A program made the translations under genes and the position numbers. Shown here one piece after another: positions 47,371-58,640 of a stretch of 64,000 bases of DNA; positions within the stretch are counted from its first letter, which is position 1, and each line of letters opens with the position of its first letter. The notes under the pieces are model-generated. The model saw nothing but the letters and a program-made list of their open reading frames with translations. It was not told where the DNA came from and searched no databases. Source of the stretch: Basidiobolus meristosporus CBS 931.73 (taxonomy: Eukaryota > Fungi > Basidiobolomycota). The stretch covers positions 9,062 to 73,061 of the forward strand of contig MCFE01000450.1 of assembly GCA_002104905.1 (NCBI GenBank). Reading direction: 5' to 3'.

Positions 47371-50300
47371 TGCTGTAAAAATTTGTATTTCCACCTAAAT
47401 ACTCACCTACCTTAGTCACTTAGATCATTACCTTCAAATCCTAAAAAATACTGACCAAATTCCTTGTTGGGATTTACTTAGAATATTTTCCCCAAAATAC
47501 CAGGTACCCAGAACATGGAAATTCTCAAAGCTGTCTAAACAGCCCCAAACTTTGCACACATGTTCTTGGGACCTTCCTCAACCTACTCTACATGTTTATA
47601 ATGCCAAGACTACGTAATAGTATCAATACTACTTTTACATTCAATAAGTCATTGAGTGAAAACCACATAATCTTCTTGTTCTCCAAATCACTTCCAATAT
47701 CTCCAAGACTCCTACAACAAGTACTGACCAAATTCCTTGTTGGGACTTACTTAGAATATTCACCCAGAACATGAAAATTAGATAAGTTGTCCAAACAGCC
47801 CCAAACTTTGCACACATGTTCTTGGGACCTTCCTTTACCTATTCTATGTGTTTGTTATGTCAAGATCATGTAAAACTATAAATACTATTTTTACATTCAA
47901 TATATCATTAAGTGAAAACCACATAACTTACTTGTCCTCCCAATCACTTCCAATATCTCCAAGACTCTTACAACAGGTTACAAGCCCCAAGCTCTCACTC
48001 TCTGCAATGTCTACTACTGATATTACTGGAATTTTTCTCTCTACTGAAAAGTAGGATTGATCTAACAACCAAGTGTCAAAGGTGAAGTTGAAGATGCTAT
48101 TACAAGAAAGAGGCCTTTGAGATATTGTCATGGGAGAAGAATGCCCTCCTAAAAATGTGGGAGAGGAAGCCTTAAAGTACCAGAAGAAAGAACAAAGTAC
48201 CTTTAAGAGCATTTGCCTTAATGTTATGGACAAATTGCTAATTCAATACTCAAGAGCAAAATTTACTACAAAGATGCAGCCAGGAGAAGAAATGAAAAAT
48301 CTAATTAACAGAACTACCCTGCTGGTAGATGAGATGGGATTTGTGGGTGTACCAACTACTGATGAGGATGTGATAGTTACCATCCTGAATAGCCTGACAG
48401 ACAAGTTTCAGGGCCTTGTATCAGCCCTAGAGTCCAGAACTGAAGATTTGACCTTAAACTACATATATGGAAGGCTCTTGGATGAAGAATTAAGAAAATC
48501 AAGTGCCAATAAGAAGAAAGAAGAAAATGCTTTAATAACCAGTGGTAACCAACAAAGGAGGTACCCAAGACCCCACAAAGGCAACAGCAACCTGTTTTGC
48601 AACTACTGCAAAATGAAAGGACACACATCAGACTGGTGTTTCAATAAGAGAGATATTCGGCAAAAGAAGCCTGAATATGGAAATGCTGCAACAACTGAAG
48701 ATAGACTATTCATATCTGCACTAAATATGACCACAAACAAGGATCCTCAGATATGGTATATTGACTCTGGAGCATCTCAGTGCTTTACACGCCAAAAAGA
48801 ACCTTTTACCCAATATCAAGAAATTCCAATCAAGAAGGTTTTCATGGCTGACTATAGAACACTTGATGCATTGGGAGAAGGAACTATCCAAGTAAACCTT
48901 AGAATCAGGGAAGGAAGCTATATGCTGACCTTTAAATAAGTACTGTATGTATCAGAAATAGCCAAGAACCTACTATCTGTAAGCAAGACCACAGCAGAAG
49001 GACTCAGTTTCAACTTTGACAATTCTGGATGCAGGATCACTGATAAAATGGTGTCCATATTGCTTTGGGTGTCAGAGATCAGAATCTACACAAGTTGACT
49101 TATGTTCCATCATATTTGGAAGCCAATATAAGTAACTTAAATGAAGAAACACCAATGCTTTGGCACAGGAGATTTGGGCACATTAACTTTGATTATTTGC
49201 ACAAATTGATCAAGGATCAGCTAATTTCTGGAGTAAAAATTGATCCCCCAGCTAATTTGGAGCACTGTGAAGCCTGCATATATGGGAAACAAGCCAGACA
49301 ACTGTTCAAGAGCTCTGGGTGAATCTAAACTAAGAAAAAGTTAGATCTAGCTCACTCAGATCTGTGCGGACCTATGCAAAATTTATCCTTAGGTGGGATG
49401 AAGGATTTAATCACTTTTATTGATGATTATACAAGATGCACGTGGGTCTACTTCATGGAGAGAAAGGAAGAAGCTCTGTCTAAGTTTGGGCAGTTTAAAG
49501 CCATGGTGGAGAGAGAAACTGGTGAAAAAATCAAGAAAATACGCTCTGACAATGGTGGAGAATATACCTCAAAACTCTTCATACACTTCTGCAAAATTCA
49601 TGGGATAATGCAAGAGACTACTGTACCATACTCCCCACAGCAAAATGGAGTAGCAGTATGTGCTAACAGATCAATAATTGACATGGCAAGATCTTTGATC
49701 CATGATCAAAATTTATCTTATGATATTTGGGTGGAATCAGTTGCTGCAGCTGTATACCTTAAAGATAGGAGTTATAATAGGACACTTTGTGATTCTACTC
49801 CATCTGAAGCATGGTATGGCTTCAGACCAAGTGCAGAACATCTAAGAATATTTGGGTGTACAGCATATGCCAAAAAACTGCCCAGAAATCAGTCAAAAAT
49901 TGGACCAAAAAGTGTAAAATGCATATTTTTGGGTTACTGCAATGAGAGTAAAGCATAAAGACTCTACAATACCAAAGCAAAGAAGCTGACAAGTCCAGGG
50001 ATGTGTTATTTGACAAAAATTCAAAATTTTCACAAAAAATGACATCAGATGATGACAAAAATCTGATCTCAAGTCCACCAATTGTCAGGATTGAGTCGGA
50101 ACAAGACAATGAAATTTTTTCACTCCAAAGGACACTTCAACCATGGTTTAGCCAGAATCAGTGCCCAGGAATATCCAAGAAGTGATCATTCCAGTATCAA
50201 ATGCCAGGAGATCCAATTGGACAAGAAATAGTCCATATTACTATATCAATGAGGGTACAAACTTAGCCTATGCCTATTCAGTCCATATTGATGAACCCCA

Positions 50301-52578
50301 GACTGTAAAAGAGGCCCTAAATAGCCCTCAGACAAAGTTTTGGAGATCTGCAATGGCTGAGGAATATCAGGCCCTGATGGAAAATCAAACTTGGGACTTA
50401 GTCAAATTACCAATCAACCAAAAATCAATAGGATGCAGATGGGTCTTCAAGACAAAATACAATGCTGATGGTACAATTGAAAGATACAAAGCAAGACTTG
50501 TAGCCAAAGGATACTCTCAAACAAAAGGACTTGATTATACTGAGACCTTTGCACCGGTAGCAAAGTTCAATTCCATCAGATTAATATTTGCTATTGCAGC
50601 CAAATATAAGTTTTCTATTCATCAAATGGATGTAAAAACTGCATTTTTGAATGAAGAACTTGATGAGGACATGTATATGGACCAGCCTGATGAGTTTGTT
50701 GACCAAGCTAACCCCCATTTGGTCTGCAAGCTTAAAAAGTCACTATATGGTCTCAAACAATCACCAAGTGCCTGGAATTGCAAGATAGATTCTTATTTAG
50801 AATCTCTGAGTTTCAAAAGAAGTTATGATGACTATAGTATATACTATAAGCCAGATAGAGCAAATCCAGCTCTATTAGCTCTATATGTGGATGATCTTAT
50901 TATTGTTGTAAGAGTCTTGGAGATATTGGAAGTGATTTGGAGAACAAGTAGATTATGTGGTTTTCACTTAATGATTTATTGAATGTAAAAGTGGTATTTA
51001 TACTTTTACCTGGTCTTGGCATTACAAACACGTAGAATAGGTTAAGGAAGGTCCCAAGAACATGTGTGCAAAGTTAGGGGCTGTTTGGACAACTTTGAGA
51101 ATTTTCATGTTCTGGGTACCTGGTATTTTGGTGAAAATATTCTAAGTAAATCCCGACAAGGAATTTGGTCAGTATTCTCTAGGATTTGAAGGTGATGATC
51201 TAAGTGACTAAGTTAGGTGAATATTTAGGTGGAAATACAAATTCTTACAACAATTATAGCCACCAATAACCTAGCAACATTGGAAGAGACTAAATACAGC
51301 ATATCTAAAGAGTTCAAGATGTCCAATCTAGAAGAACTCAGATACTACTTAGGGATTAAGTTCTCCATAGACAGAGGTACCCAGACTATTACCCTAAGCC
51401 AATCCAAGTATATTTAAGATTTACTAAAGAAGTACCAAATGGAAGACTGTTAACTGGCAGCTACCCCAATGGAGACAAACCTTAACTTGGTCAAAACTCA
51501 ACCAAATCAAGAGAGCTTGGTGCCATCTGAAAGCCCTGACTTTCCTTATCAATCTATGGTCAGCAGTCTGATGTACATCATGGTTGGAACATGTCCAGAT
51601 ATCTCATATTCAGTGGGAGTTGTCAGCCAACATAATCAGAACTGTGGATTTGATCATATTGCAGCAGTTAAGCGGATTTTTAGATACCTAAAAGGAACTG
51701 CTGATATCTGCTTAAGATACACTTAGAAGGATTCAGAACAGGATCTTGTGGGATACTCTGATGCTGATTGGGGACAAAATTTAGAAGACAGAAGATCCAC
51801 CACAGGATACACCTTTCTTTACTGTAAAGGAGCCATTTCATGGAATTCAAGAAAGCAACCAACCGTAGCACTTTCTACTACAGAGGCAGAGTATATGGCA
51901 GCCTGTGAAGCTACAAAAGAAGCAATGTGGTTAAGAAAGCTCTTTGCAGATTTAGGCCTATGTCAAAAAACACCTATTACTTTATTTCAAGATAATCAAG
52001 GATGTATACAACTAGGTAGAAATCCAACTTTTCATGCTAGAACCAAGCACATAGATATTAGACATCATTTCATACGTGAAGCTATAGAGAATAACTTAGT
52101 TAGCTTAGTTTACTGTTCTACAGATGAAATGATTGCAGACATATTTACCAAACCATTAGCTAGAGACAAGTTTGAATATCTTAGGTCAAAATTAGGACTA
52201 GTCAGTATGAACATTTAGCTGAGTGGGAGTGTTGTAAAAATTCGTATTTCCACCTAAATATTCACCTAACTTAGTCACTTAGATCATTTCCCTCAAATTC
52301 TAGAGAATACTGACCAAATTCCTTGTCGGGATTTACTTAGAATATTTTCACCAAAATACCAGGTACCCAGAACATGAAAATTCTCAAAGTTGTCCAAACA
52401 GCCCCAAACTTTGCACACATGTTCTTGGGACCTTCCTTAACCTATTCTACGTGTTTGTAATGCCAAGACCAGGTAAAAGTATAAATACCACTTTTACATT
52501 CAATAAATCATTAAGTGAAAACCACATAATCTACTTGTTCTCCAAATCACTTCCAATATCTCCAAGACTCTTACAGCA
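47371..52578 (+). mobile_element. Copia-1 copy A (degenerate, with tandem 5' LTRs and an internal solo LTR)
   Basis: LTR 47371-47719, partial LTR 47720-47974, decayed PBS, gag-PR ORF 48130-48939, integrase 49374-49958, RT 50161+, RNaseH 51748-52218, PPT GAGTGGGAG, 3' LTR 52230-52578. Confidence 0.92.
50904..51252 (-). mobile_element. Copia-1 solo LTR inserted antisense just after the YVDD motif of copy A
   Basis: 349 bp with a perfect TSD ATTAT (50899-50903 and 51253-51257). The uninterrupted site in copy B reads GATCTTATTATAGCC. Confidence 0.95.
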
Positions 52579-52830
52579 ACTTTTACTTAGTCATGGCAAA
52601 ACAAACATGTGAAATATGTACAGAAAGGTCTAAAGAGCATTAGTACAAAGTTTGGGGCTGTTTGGACAACTTTTGGATATCACATGTCCTGAGTACCTGA
52701 TAATTTGGTGTGAATATTTCAATTAAATCTTGACAAGGAACTTGGTCAGATCTCTCTAGGATTGGTAGGTAATGCATCAAGTAACTAAGCAAAGGGGATA
52801 TTTAGTTGGAATTGCAGAACTTACAACAAA
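52579..52830 (-). mobile_element. Relic LTR of a Copia-1 sister subfamily (insertion target of copy A)
   Basis: Diverged homolog of the Copia-1 LTR (CAAAGTTTGGGGCTGTTTGGACAAC core). Its first 57 bp also occur at 47314-47370. A further relic lies at ~57810-57960. Confidence 0.7.
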
Positions 52831-53400
52831 TAGTGCTTCAATTGTGCAGAAAGGCCAAAAATCCAATTCTTGGCTACAAATTAAGCAATACCATTACACA
52901 TCCTTATGCAAAATAGCCTCTGTGCTTCACCAACCATGCTAGTAAAAATGCATTTTTGAACACTTTTTTTGCAGTCAGTGCTTTGCATGATGAGTATAGG
53001 TTCAGAATAGGTGTAGGCATGGACTCAGCTTACATCATCCTGTTGTAAGAGTCTTGGAGATATTGGAAGTGATTTGGAGAACAAGTAGATTATGTGGTTT
53101 TCACTTAATGATTTATTGAATGTAAAAGTAGTATTTATACTTTTACATGGTCTTGGCATAACAAACATGTAGAATAGGTTAAGGAAGGTCCCAAGAACAT
53201 GTGTGCAAAGTTTGGGGCTGTTTGGACAACTTTGAGAATTTTCATGTTCTGGGTACCTGGTATTTTGGTGAAAATATTCTAAGTAAATCCCGACAAGGAA
53301 TTTGGTCAGTATTCTCTAGAATTTGAGGGAAATGATCTAAGTGACTAAGTTAGGTGAATATTTAGGTGGAATTACGAATTTTTACAACACTCCCACTCAG

Positions 53401-56400
53401 CTAAATGTTCATACTGACTAGTCCTAATTTTGACCTAAGATATTCAAACTTGTCTCTAGCTAATGGTTTGGTAAATATGTCTGCAATCATTTCATCTGTA
53501 GGACAGTAAACTAAGCTAACTAAGTTATTCTCTATAGCTTCACGTATGAAATGATGTCTAATATCTATGTGCTTGGTTCTAGCATGAAAAGTTGGATTTC
53601 TACCTAATTGTATACATCCTTGATTATCTTGAAATAAAGTAATAGGCGTTTTTTGACATTGACCTAAATCTGTAAACAGCTTTCTTAGCCACATTGCTTC
53701 TTTTGTAGCTTCACAGGCTGCCATGTACTCTGCCTCTGTGGTAGAAAGTGCTATGGTTGGTTGCTTTCTTGAGTTCCATGAAATTGCTCCTTGACAGTAA
53801 AGAAAGGTGTATCCTGTGGTGGATCTTCTGTCTTCTAAATTTCGTCCCCAATCTGCATCAGAGTATCCTACAAGATCTTGTTCTGGGTCCTTATAAGTGT
53901 ATCTTAAGCAGATATCAGCAGTTCCTTTTAGGTATCTAAAAATCCGCTTAACTGCTGCAATATGATCAGATCCATAGTTCTGATTATGCTGGCTGACAAC
54001 TCCCACTGAATATGAGATATCTGGACGTGTTCCAAGCATGATATACATCAGACTGCCGACCATAGATTGATAAGGAAAGTCAGGGCTTTCAGATGGCACC
54101 AAGCTCTCCTGATTTGGTTGAGTTTTGGCCAAGTTAAGGTTTGTCTCCATTGGGGTAGCTGCCGGTTTACAGTCTTCCATTTTGTACTTCTTTAGTATAT
54201 CTTGAATATACTTGGATTGGCTTAGGGTAATAGTCTGGGTACTTCTGTCTATGGAGAACTTAATCCCTAAGTAGTAACTGAGTTCTCCTAGATTGGACAT
54301 CTTGAACTCCTTAGATAGGCTGGATTTAGTCTCTTCCAATGTTTCTAGGTTATTGGTGGCTATAATAAGATCATCCACATATAGAGCTAATAGAACTGGA
54401 TTTGCTCTATCTGGCTTATAGTATATACTATAGTCAGCATTACTCCTTTTGAAACTCAAAGATTCCAAATAAGAATCTATCTTGCAATTCCAGGCTCTTG
54501 GTGATTGTTTGAGACCATATAGTGACTTTTTAAGCTTGCAGACCAAATGGGGGTTATCTTGGTCAACAAACCCATCAGGCTGGTCCATATACACGTCCTC
54601 ATCAAGTTCTCCATTCAAAAATGCAGTTTTTACATCCATTTGATGAATAAAAAACTTATATTTGGCTGCAATAGCCAATATTAATCTGATGGAATTAAAC
54701 TTGGCTACCGGTGCAAAGGTCTCAGTATAGTCAAGTCCTTTTGTTTGAGAGTATCCTTTGGCTACAAGTCTTGCTTTGTATCTTTCAATTGTACCATCAG
54801 CCTTGTATTTTGTCTTAAAGACCCATCTGCATCCAATTGATTTTTGGTTGATTGGTAATTTGACTAAGTCCCAAGTTTGATTTTCTATCAGGGCCTGATA
54901 TTCCTCAGTCATTGCAGATCTCCAAAACTTCGTCTGAGGGCTATTTAGGGCCTCTTTTACAGTCTGGGGTTCATCAACATGGACTGAATAGGCATAGGCT
55001 AAGTTTGTACCCTCATTGATATAGTAATTTGGGCTATTTCTTGTCCGATTGGATCTCCGGGCATTTGATACTGGAATGATCACTTCTGGGATATTCCTGG
55101 GCACTGATTCTGGCTGAACCACAGTTGTAGAGTCCTCTGGAGTGAAAAAATTTTCATTGTTTTGCTCTGATTCAATCCTGACAATTGGTGGACTTGAGAT
55201 CAAATTTTCGTCATCATCTGATGTCATTTTTTGTGAAAATTTTGAATTTTCATCAAACAACACATCCCTGGACTTGATCAGCTTCTTTGCTTCGGTATTG
55301 TAGAGTCTGTATGCCTTACTCTCATTGCAGTAGCCCAAAAATATGCATTTTACACTTTTTGGCTCAAATTTTGACTGATTTCCGGCCAGTTTTTTGGCAT
55401 ATGCTGTACACCCAAATATTCTTAGATGTTCTGCACTTGGTCTGTATCCATACCATGCTTCAAATGGAGTAGAATCACGAAGTATTCTGTTATAACTCCT
55501 ATTTTTAAGATATACAGCAGTGGCAACTGATTCCGCCCAAAAATCATAGGATAATTTTTGATCATGGATCATAGATCTTGCCATATCAATTATTGATCTG
55601 TTAGCTCGTTCTGCTACTCCATTTTGCTGTGGGGAGTATGGTACAGTAGTCTCTTGCTTTATCCCATGAATTTTGCAGAAGTGGATGAAGAGTTTTGAGG
55701 TATATTCTCCACCATTGTCAGAGCGTATTTTCTTGATTTTTTCACCAGTTTCTCTCTCCACCATGGCTTTGAACTCCCTGAGCTTAGACAGAGCTTCTTC
55801 CTTTCTCTCCATGAAGTAGACCCATGTGTATCTTGTATAATCATCAATAAAAGTGATTAAATACTTCATCCTGCCTAAGGATAAATTTTGCATAGGTCCA
55901 CACAGATCTGAGTGAATTAGATCTAATTTTTTCTTAGTTTTGATTAACCCAGAGCTCTTGAACGGTTGTCTGGCTTGTTTCCCATATATGCAGGCTTCAC
56001 AGTGCTCCAAAATAGCTGGGGGATCAATTTTCACTCCAGAAATTAGCTGATCTTTGATCATTTTACGCAAATAATCAAAATTGATGTGTCCAAATCTCCT
56101 GTGCCAAAGCATTGGTGTTTCTTCATTTAAGTTACTTATATTGGCTTCCAGATATGATGGAATATAAGTCAACTTGTATAGGTTCTGATCTCTGATGCCC
56201 AAAGCAATATGGGCACCATTTTGATCAGTGATCCTGCATCCAGAATTGTCAAAACTGAAACTGAGTCCTTCTGCTGTGGCCTTGCTTACAGAGAGTAGGT
56301 TCTTGGCTATTTCTGGTACATAGAGTACTTCTTTAAAGGTCAGTGTATGGCTTCCTTCACTGCTTCTAAGGTTTACTTGGATAGTTCCTTCTCCCACTGC

Positions 56401-56577
56401 ATCAAGTGTTCTATTGTCACCCATGAAAACCTTCTTAATTGGAATTTCTTGATATTGGGTAAAAAGTTCTTTTTGGTGTGTAAAGTGTTGAGAAGCTCCA
56501 GAGTCAATATACCACGTCTGAGAATCCTTGTTTGTGGTCATATTTAGTGCAGATATGAATAGTCTATCTTCAGTTGT
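53401..56577 (-). CDS. Copia-1 pol (protease, GAG-pre-integrase, integrase, RT, RNaseH), uninterrupted
   Basis: [63 protein letters not shown]. Separated from gag by a 1-nt insertion at 56580. Confidence 0.93.
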   Translation of the reverse strand, partial: TTEDRLFISALNMTTNKDSQTWYIDSGASQHFTHQKELFTQYQEIPIKKVFMGDNRTLDAVGEGTIQVNLRSSEGSHTLTFKEVLYVPEIAKNLLSVSKATAEGLSFSFDNSGCRITDQNGAHIALGIRDQNLYKLTYIPSYLEANISNLNEETPMLWHRRFGHINFDYLRKMIKDQLISGVKIDPPAILEHCEACIYGKQARQPFKSSGLIKTKKKLDLIHSDLCGPMQNLSLGRMKYLITFIDDYTRYTWVYFMERKEEALSKLREFKAMVERETGEKIKKIRSDNGGEYTSKLFIHFCKIHGIKQETTVPYSPQQNGVAERANRSIIDMARSMIHDQKLSYDFWAESVATAVYLKNRSYNRILRDSTPFEAWYGYRPSAEHLRIFGCTAYAKKLAGNQSKFEPKSVKCIFLGYCNESKAYRLYNTEAKKLIKSRDVLFDENSKFSQKMTSDDDENLISSPPIVRIESEQNNENFFTPEDSTTVVQPESVPRNIPEVIIPVSNARRSNRTRNSPNYYINEGTNLAYAYSVHVDEPQTVKEALNSPQTKFWRSAMTEEYQALIENQTWDLVKLPINQKSIGCRWVFKTKYKADGTIERYKARLVAKGYSQTKGLDYTETFAPVAKFNSIRLILAIAAKYKFFIHQMDVKTAFLNGELDEDVYMDQPDGFVDQDNPHLVCKLKKSLYGLKQSPRAWNCKIDSYLESLSFKRSNADYSIYYKPDRANPVLLALYVDDLIIATNNLETLEETKSSLSKEFKMSNLGELSYYLGIKFSIDRSTQTITLSQSKYIQDILKKYKMEDCKPAATPMETNLNLAKTQPNQESLVPSESPDFPYQSMVGSLMYIMLGTRPDISYSVGVVSQHNQNYGSDHIAAVKRIFRYLKGTADICLRYTYKDPEQDLVGYSDADWGRNLEDRRSTTGYTFLYCQGAISWNSRKQPTIALSTTEAEYMAACEATKEAMWLRKLFTDLGQCQKTPITLFQDNQGCIQLGRNPTFHARTKHIDIRHHFIREAIENNLVSLVYCPTDEMIADIFTKPLARDKFEYLRSKLGLVSMNI

Positions 56578-57346
56578 TGACAGCATTTCCATATTCAGGC
56601 TTCTTTTGCTGATAATCTCTCTTTTTGAGACACCGGTCTGATGTGTGTCCTTTCCTTTTGCAGTAGTTGCAAAATAGGTTGCTGTTGCCTTTGTAGGGTC
56701 TTGGGTACCTCCTTTGTTGGTTATCATTGCTTATTAAAGCATTTTCTTCTTCCTTCTTATTGGCGCTTGATTTTCTTAATTCTTCATCCAGGAGCCTTCC
56801 ATATACGTAATTTAAGGTCAAATCTTCAGTTCTGGACTCTAGGGCTGATACAAGGCCCTGAAACTCGTCTGTCAGGCTATTCAGGATGGTAACTATCACA
56901 TCCTCATCAGTAGTTGGTACGCCCACAGATTCCATCTCATCTACCAGCAGGGTAATTCTGTTAATTAGATTTTTCATTTCTTCTCCTGGCAGCATCTTTG
57001 TAGTAAAGAATTTTCTTCTCAGATACATTTTCTTGGCAGCTGAACATGACTGGTAGGTATCTTCTAATGCCTTCCAGGCATTCTTTGCCGTTTTTGCTCT
57101 TGAGCATTGAATTAGCAATTTGTCCTTGACATTAAGGCAAATGCAGTTAAAGGCACTTTGTTCTTTCTTCTGGTACTTTAAGGCTTCCTCTCCCACGTTT
57201 TTAGGAGGGCATTCTTCTCCCATGACAATATCCCAAAGGCCTCTTTCTTGCAGCAGCATCTTCATCTTCACCTTCCACACTTGGTAGTTAGATCCATCCA
57301 ACTTTTCAGCAGAGGGAAAAATTCCAGTAATAGCAGTAGTAGACAT
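56570..57346 (-). CDS. Copia-1 gag (~258 aa from ATG 57346)
   Basis: KLDGSNYQVWKVKM N-terminus and CNYCKRKGHTSDRC zinc knuckle. The upstream part of the track ORF lies in the LTR. Confidence 0.9.
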   Translation of the reverse strand: MSTTAITGIFPSAEKLDGSNYQVWKVKMKMLLQERGLWDIVMGEECPPKNVGEEALKYQKKEQSAFNCICLNVKDKLLIQCSRAKTAKNAWKALEDTYQSCSAAKKMYLRRKFFTTKMLPGEEMKNLINRITLLVDEMESVGVPTTDEDVIVTILNSLTDEFQGLVSALESRTEDLTLNYVYGRLLDEELRKSSANKKEEENALISNDNQQRRYPRPYKGNSNLFCNYCKRKGHTSDRCLKKRDYQQKKPEYGNAVNN

Positions 57347-57365
57347 TGCAGAGAGTGACAGCTCG

Positions 57366-57377
57366 GGGCTCATAACC
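57366..57377 (-). promoter_or_regulatory. Half-tRNA(iMet) PBS GGTTATGAGCCC (Ty5/copia type)
   Basis: Immediately follows the 5' LTR. Complementary to the anticodon stem-loop (GGGCUCAUAACC) of fungal initiator tRNA. Confidence 0.88.
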
Positions 57378-58609
57378 TGTTGTAAGAGTCTTGGAGATAT
57401 TGGAAGTGATTTGGAGAACAAGTAGATTATGTGGTTTTCACTTAATGATTTATTGAATGTAAAAGTAGTATTTATACTTTTACATGGTCTTGGCATAACA
57501 AACATGTAGAATAGGTTAAGGAAGGTCCCAAGAACATGTGTGCAAAGTTTGGGGCTGTTTGGACAACTTTGAGAATTTTCATGTTCTGGGTAAATATTCT
57601 AAGTAAATCCCGACAAGGAATTTGGTCAGTATTCTCTAGAATTTGAGGGAAATGATCTAAGTGACTAAGTTAGGTGAATATTTAGGTGGAATTACGAATT
57701 TTTACAACACATCCAAGGCACTCTAAATCTAGTGGTAGGGGTCTGAAGCATGTTGTAAAAATGCATGGCACTATCTTTCCCAACTGTTTTGATTCTACTT
57801 CATGGATAAATTCTGTTAGGACCTTCCTTCACATGCTCTACATGTTTGTTTTGCCAAGACCATGTGTGCAATGCCTAGAGTGAATTCTAGAACTTTGAGA
57901 CTTCACACAACATGAGTACCTGATATTCTGGGGAAATATTCCAGGTAAATGCTAACAACAACCCTATGAAAAAATCAAGACAAGGCCAGTAGAATACTAT
58001 CCTAATATCAGCTGAACTCAAACTTTCCCAAAAGCAACATCCATCAATATCTTGGATACTGGCTTCACAGCAGACAAGCAGATATCCTCTCCAGGGGGAG
58101 ACTAGGCTGACTAGCATTCACACCAAGCTTGGTAGTCAGTTGCTCATTACTCCCACCCAAAATTGCAATGGAAAATCTGAAGCAGAAACACAAGCTGAAT
58201 ACTGGCAAAATACCATCAGAATACCAGCTAAAAATCCAAAGAATTCCAACTTTGAGATTTTTCTTATGGGAATTTGGGCCAAATTTGCCAGGACTTGTAG
58301 GTTATGATCTGAGTGACCAAGTTTGTGGAATATTTAGGTGTGATTACAGATTTGACATCATTTACCATTAGAAACAAAGTTGGTGTAAATGAATGCTTGC
58401 AAGGTCTCAAGTTCAAATAAAGTATCTCGCTAATTGACCAAACTAGCAAATACAACATCCTACCAACAAAATCCCATCTAGCCATCCGATGAATAGAAAC
58501 TTCAGGCTCACCAGCAAATGTCAGATCCAGGTGATTTCATCTCAATTGGCATGATTGGAGTCCATGTCCATGGCAAAGGGGGCCGAGCAAGCTGACCGAT
58601 TCCTGGAAC

Positions 58610-58640
58610 ACGAGCGCGAGCGCGAGCGCGCACGCGATCC
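58610..58640. repeat. (GAGCGC)n CpG-rich microsatellite upstream of 4E-BP
   Basis: ACGAGCGCGAGCGCGAGCGCGCACGCG. Confidence 0.8.

Larger units (their letters stand above)
53041..57709 (-). mobile_element. Copia-1 copy B: full-length and very young
   Basis: LTRs 53041-53389 (349 bp) and 57378-57709 (332 bp), identical by eye except a 17-bp deletion. Perfect TSD CATCC (53036-53040 and 57710-57714). PPT 53390-53400. Confidence 0.97.

Noticed and set aside
57347-57505. N-terminal extension of gag, and similar ORFs at 39836-40186, 47592-47774 and 47848-48054
   Set aside because: These are translations of LTR/PBS sequence; the likely gag ATG is at 57346.
1-58400. Classical Neurospora-type RIP (CpA to TpA)
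   Set aside because: CpA and TpG are abundant, and the diagnostic differences I checked are at CpG in mixed contexts, not restricted to CpA or TpCpG.
33196-58400. Numerous 60-110 aa antisense or off-frame ORFs inside TE pol genes, and an env-like gene
   Set aside because: They are shadows of long TE frames; no transmembrane env-like ORF was seen in any element.
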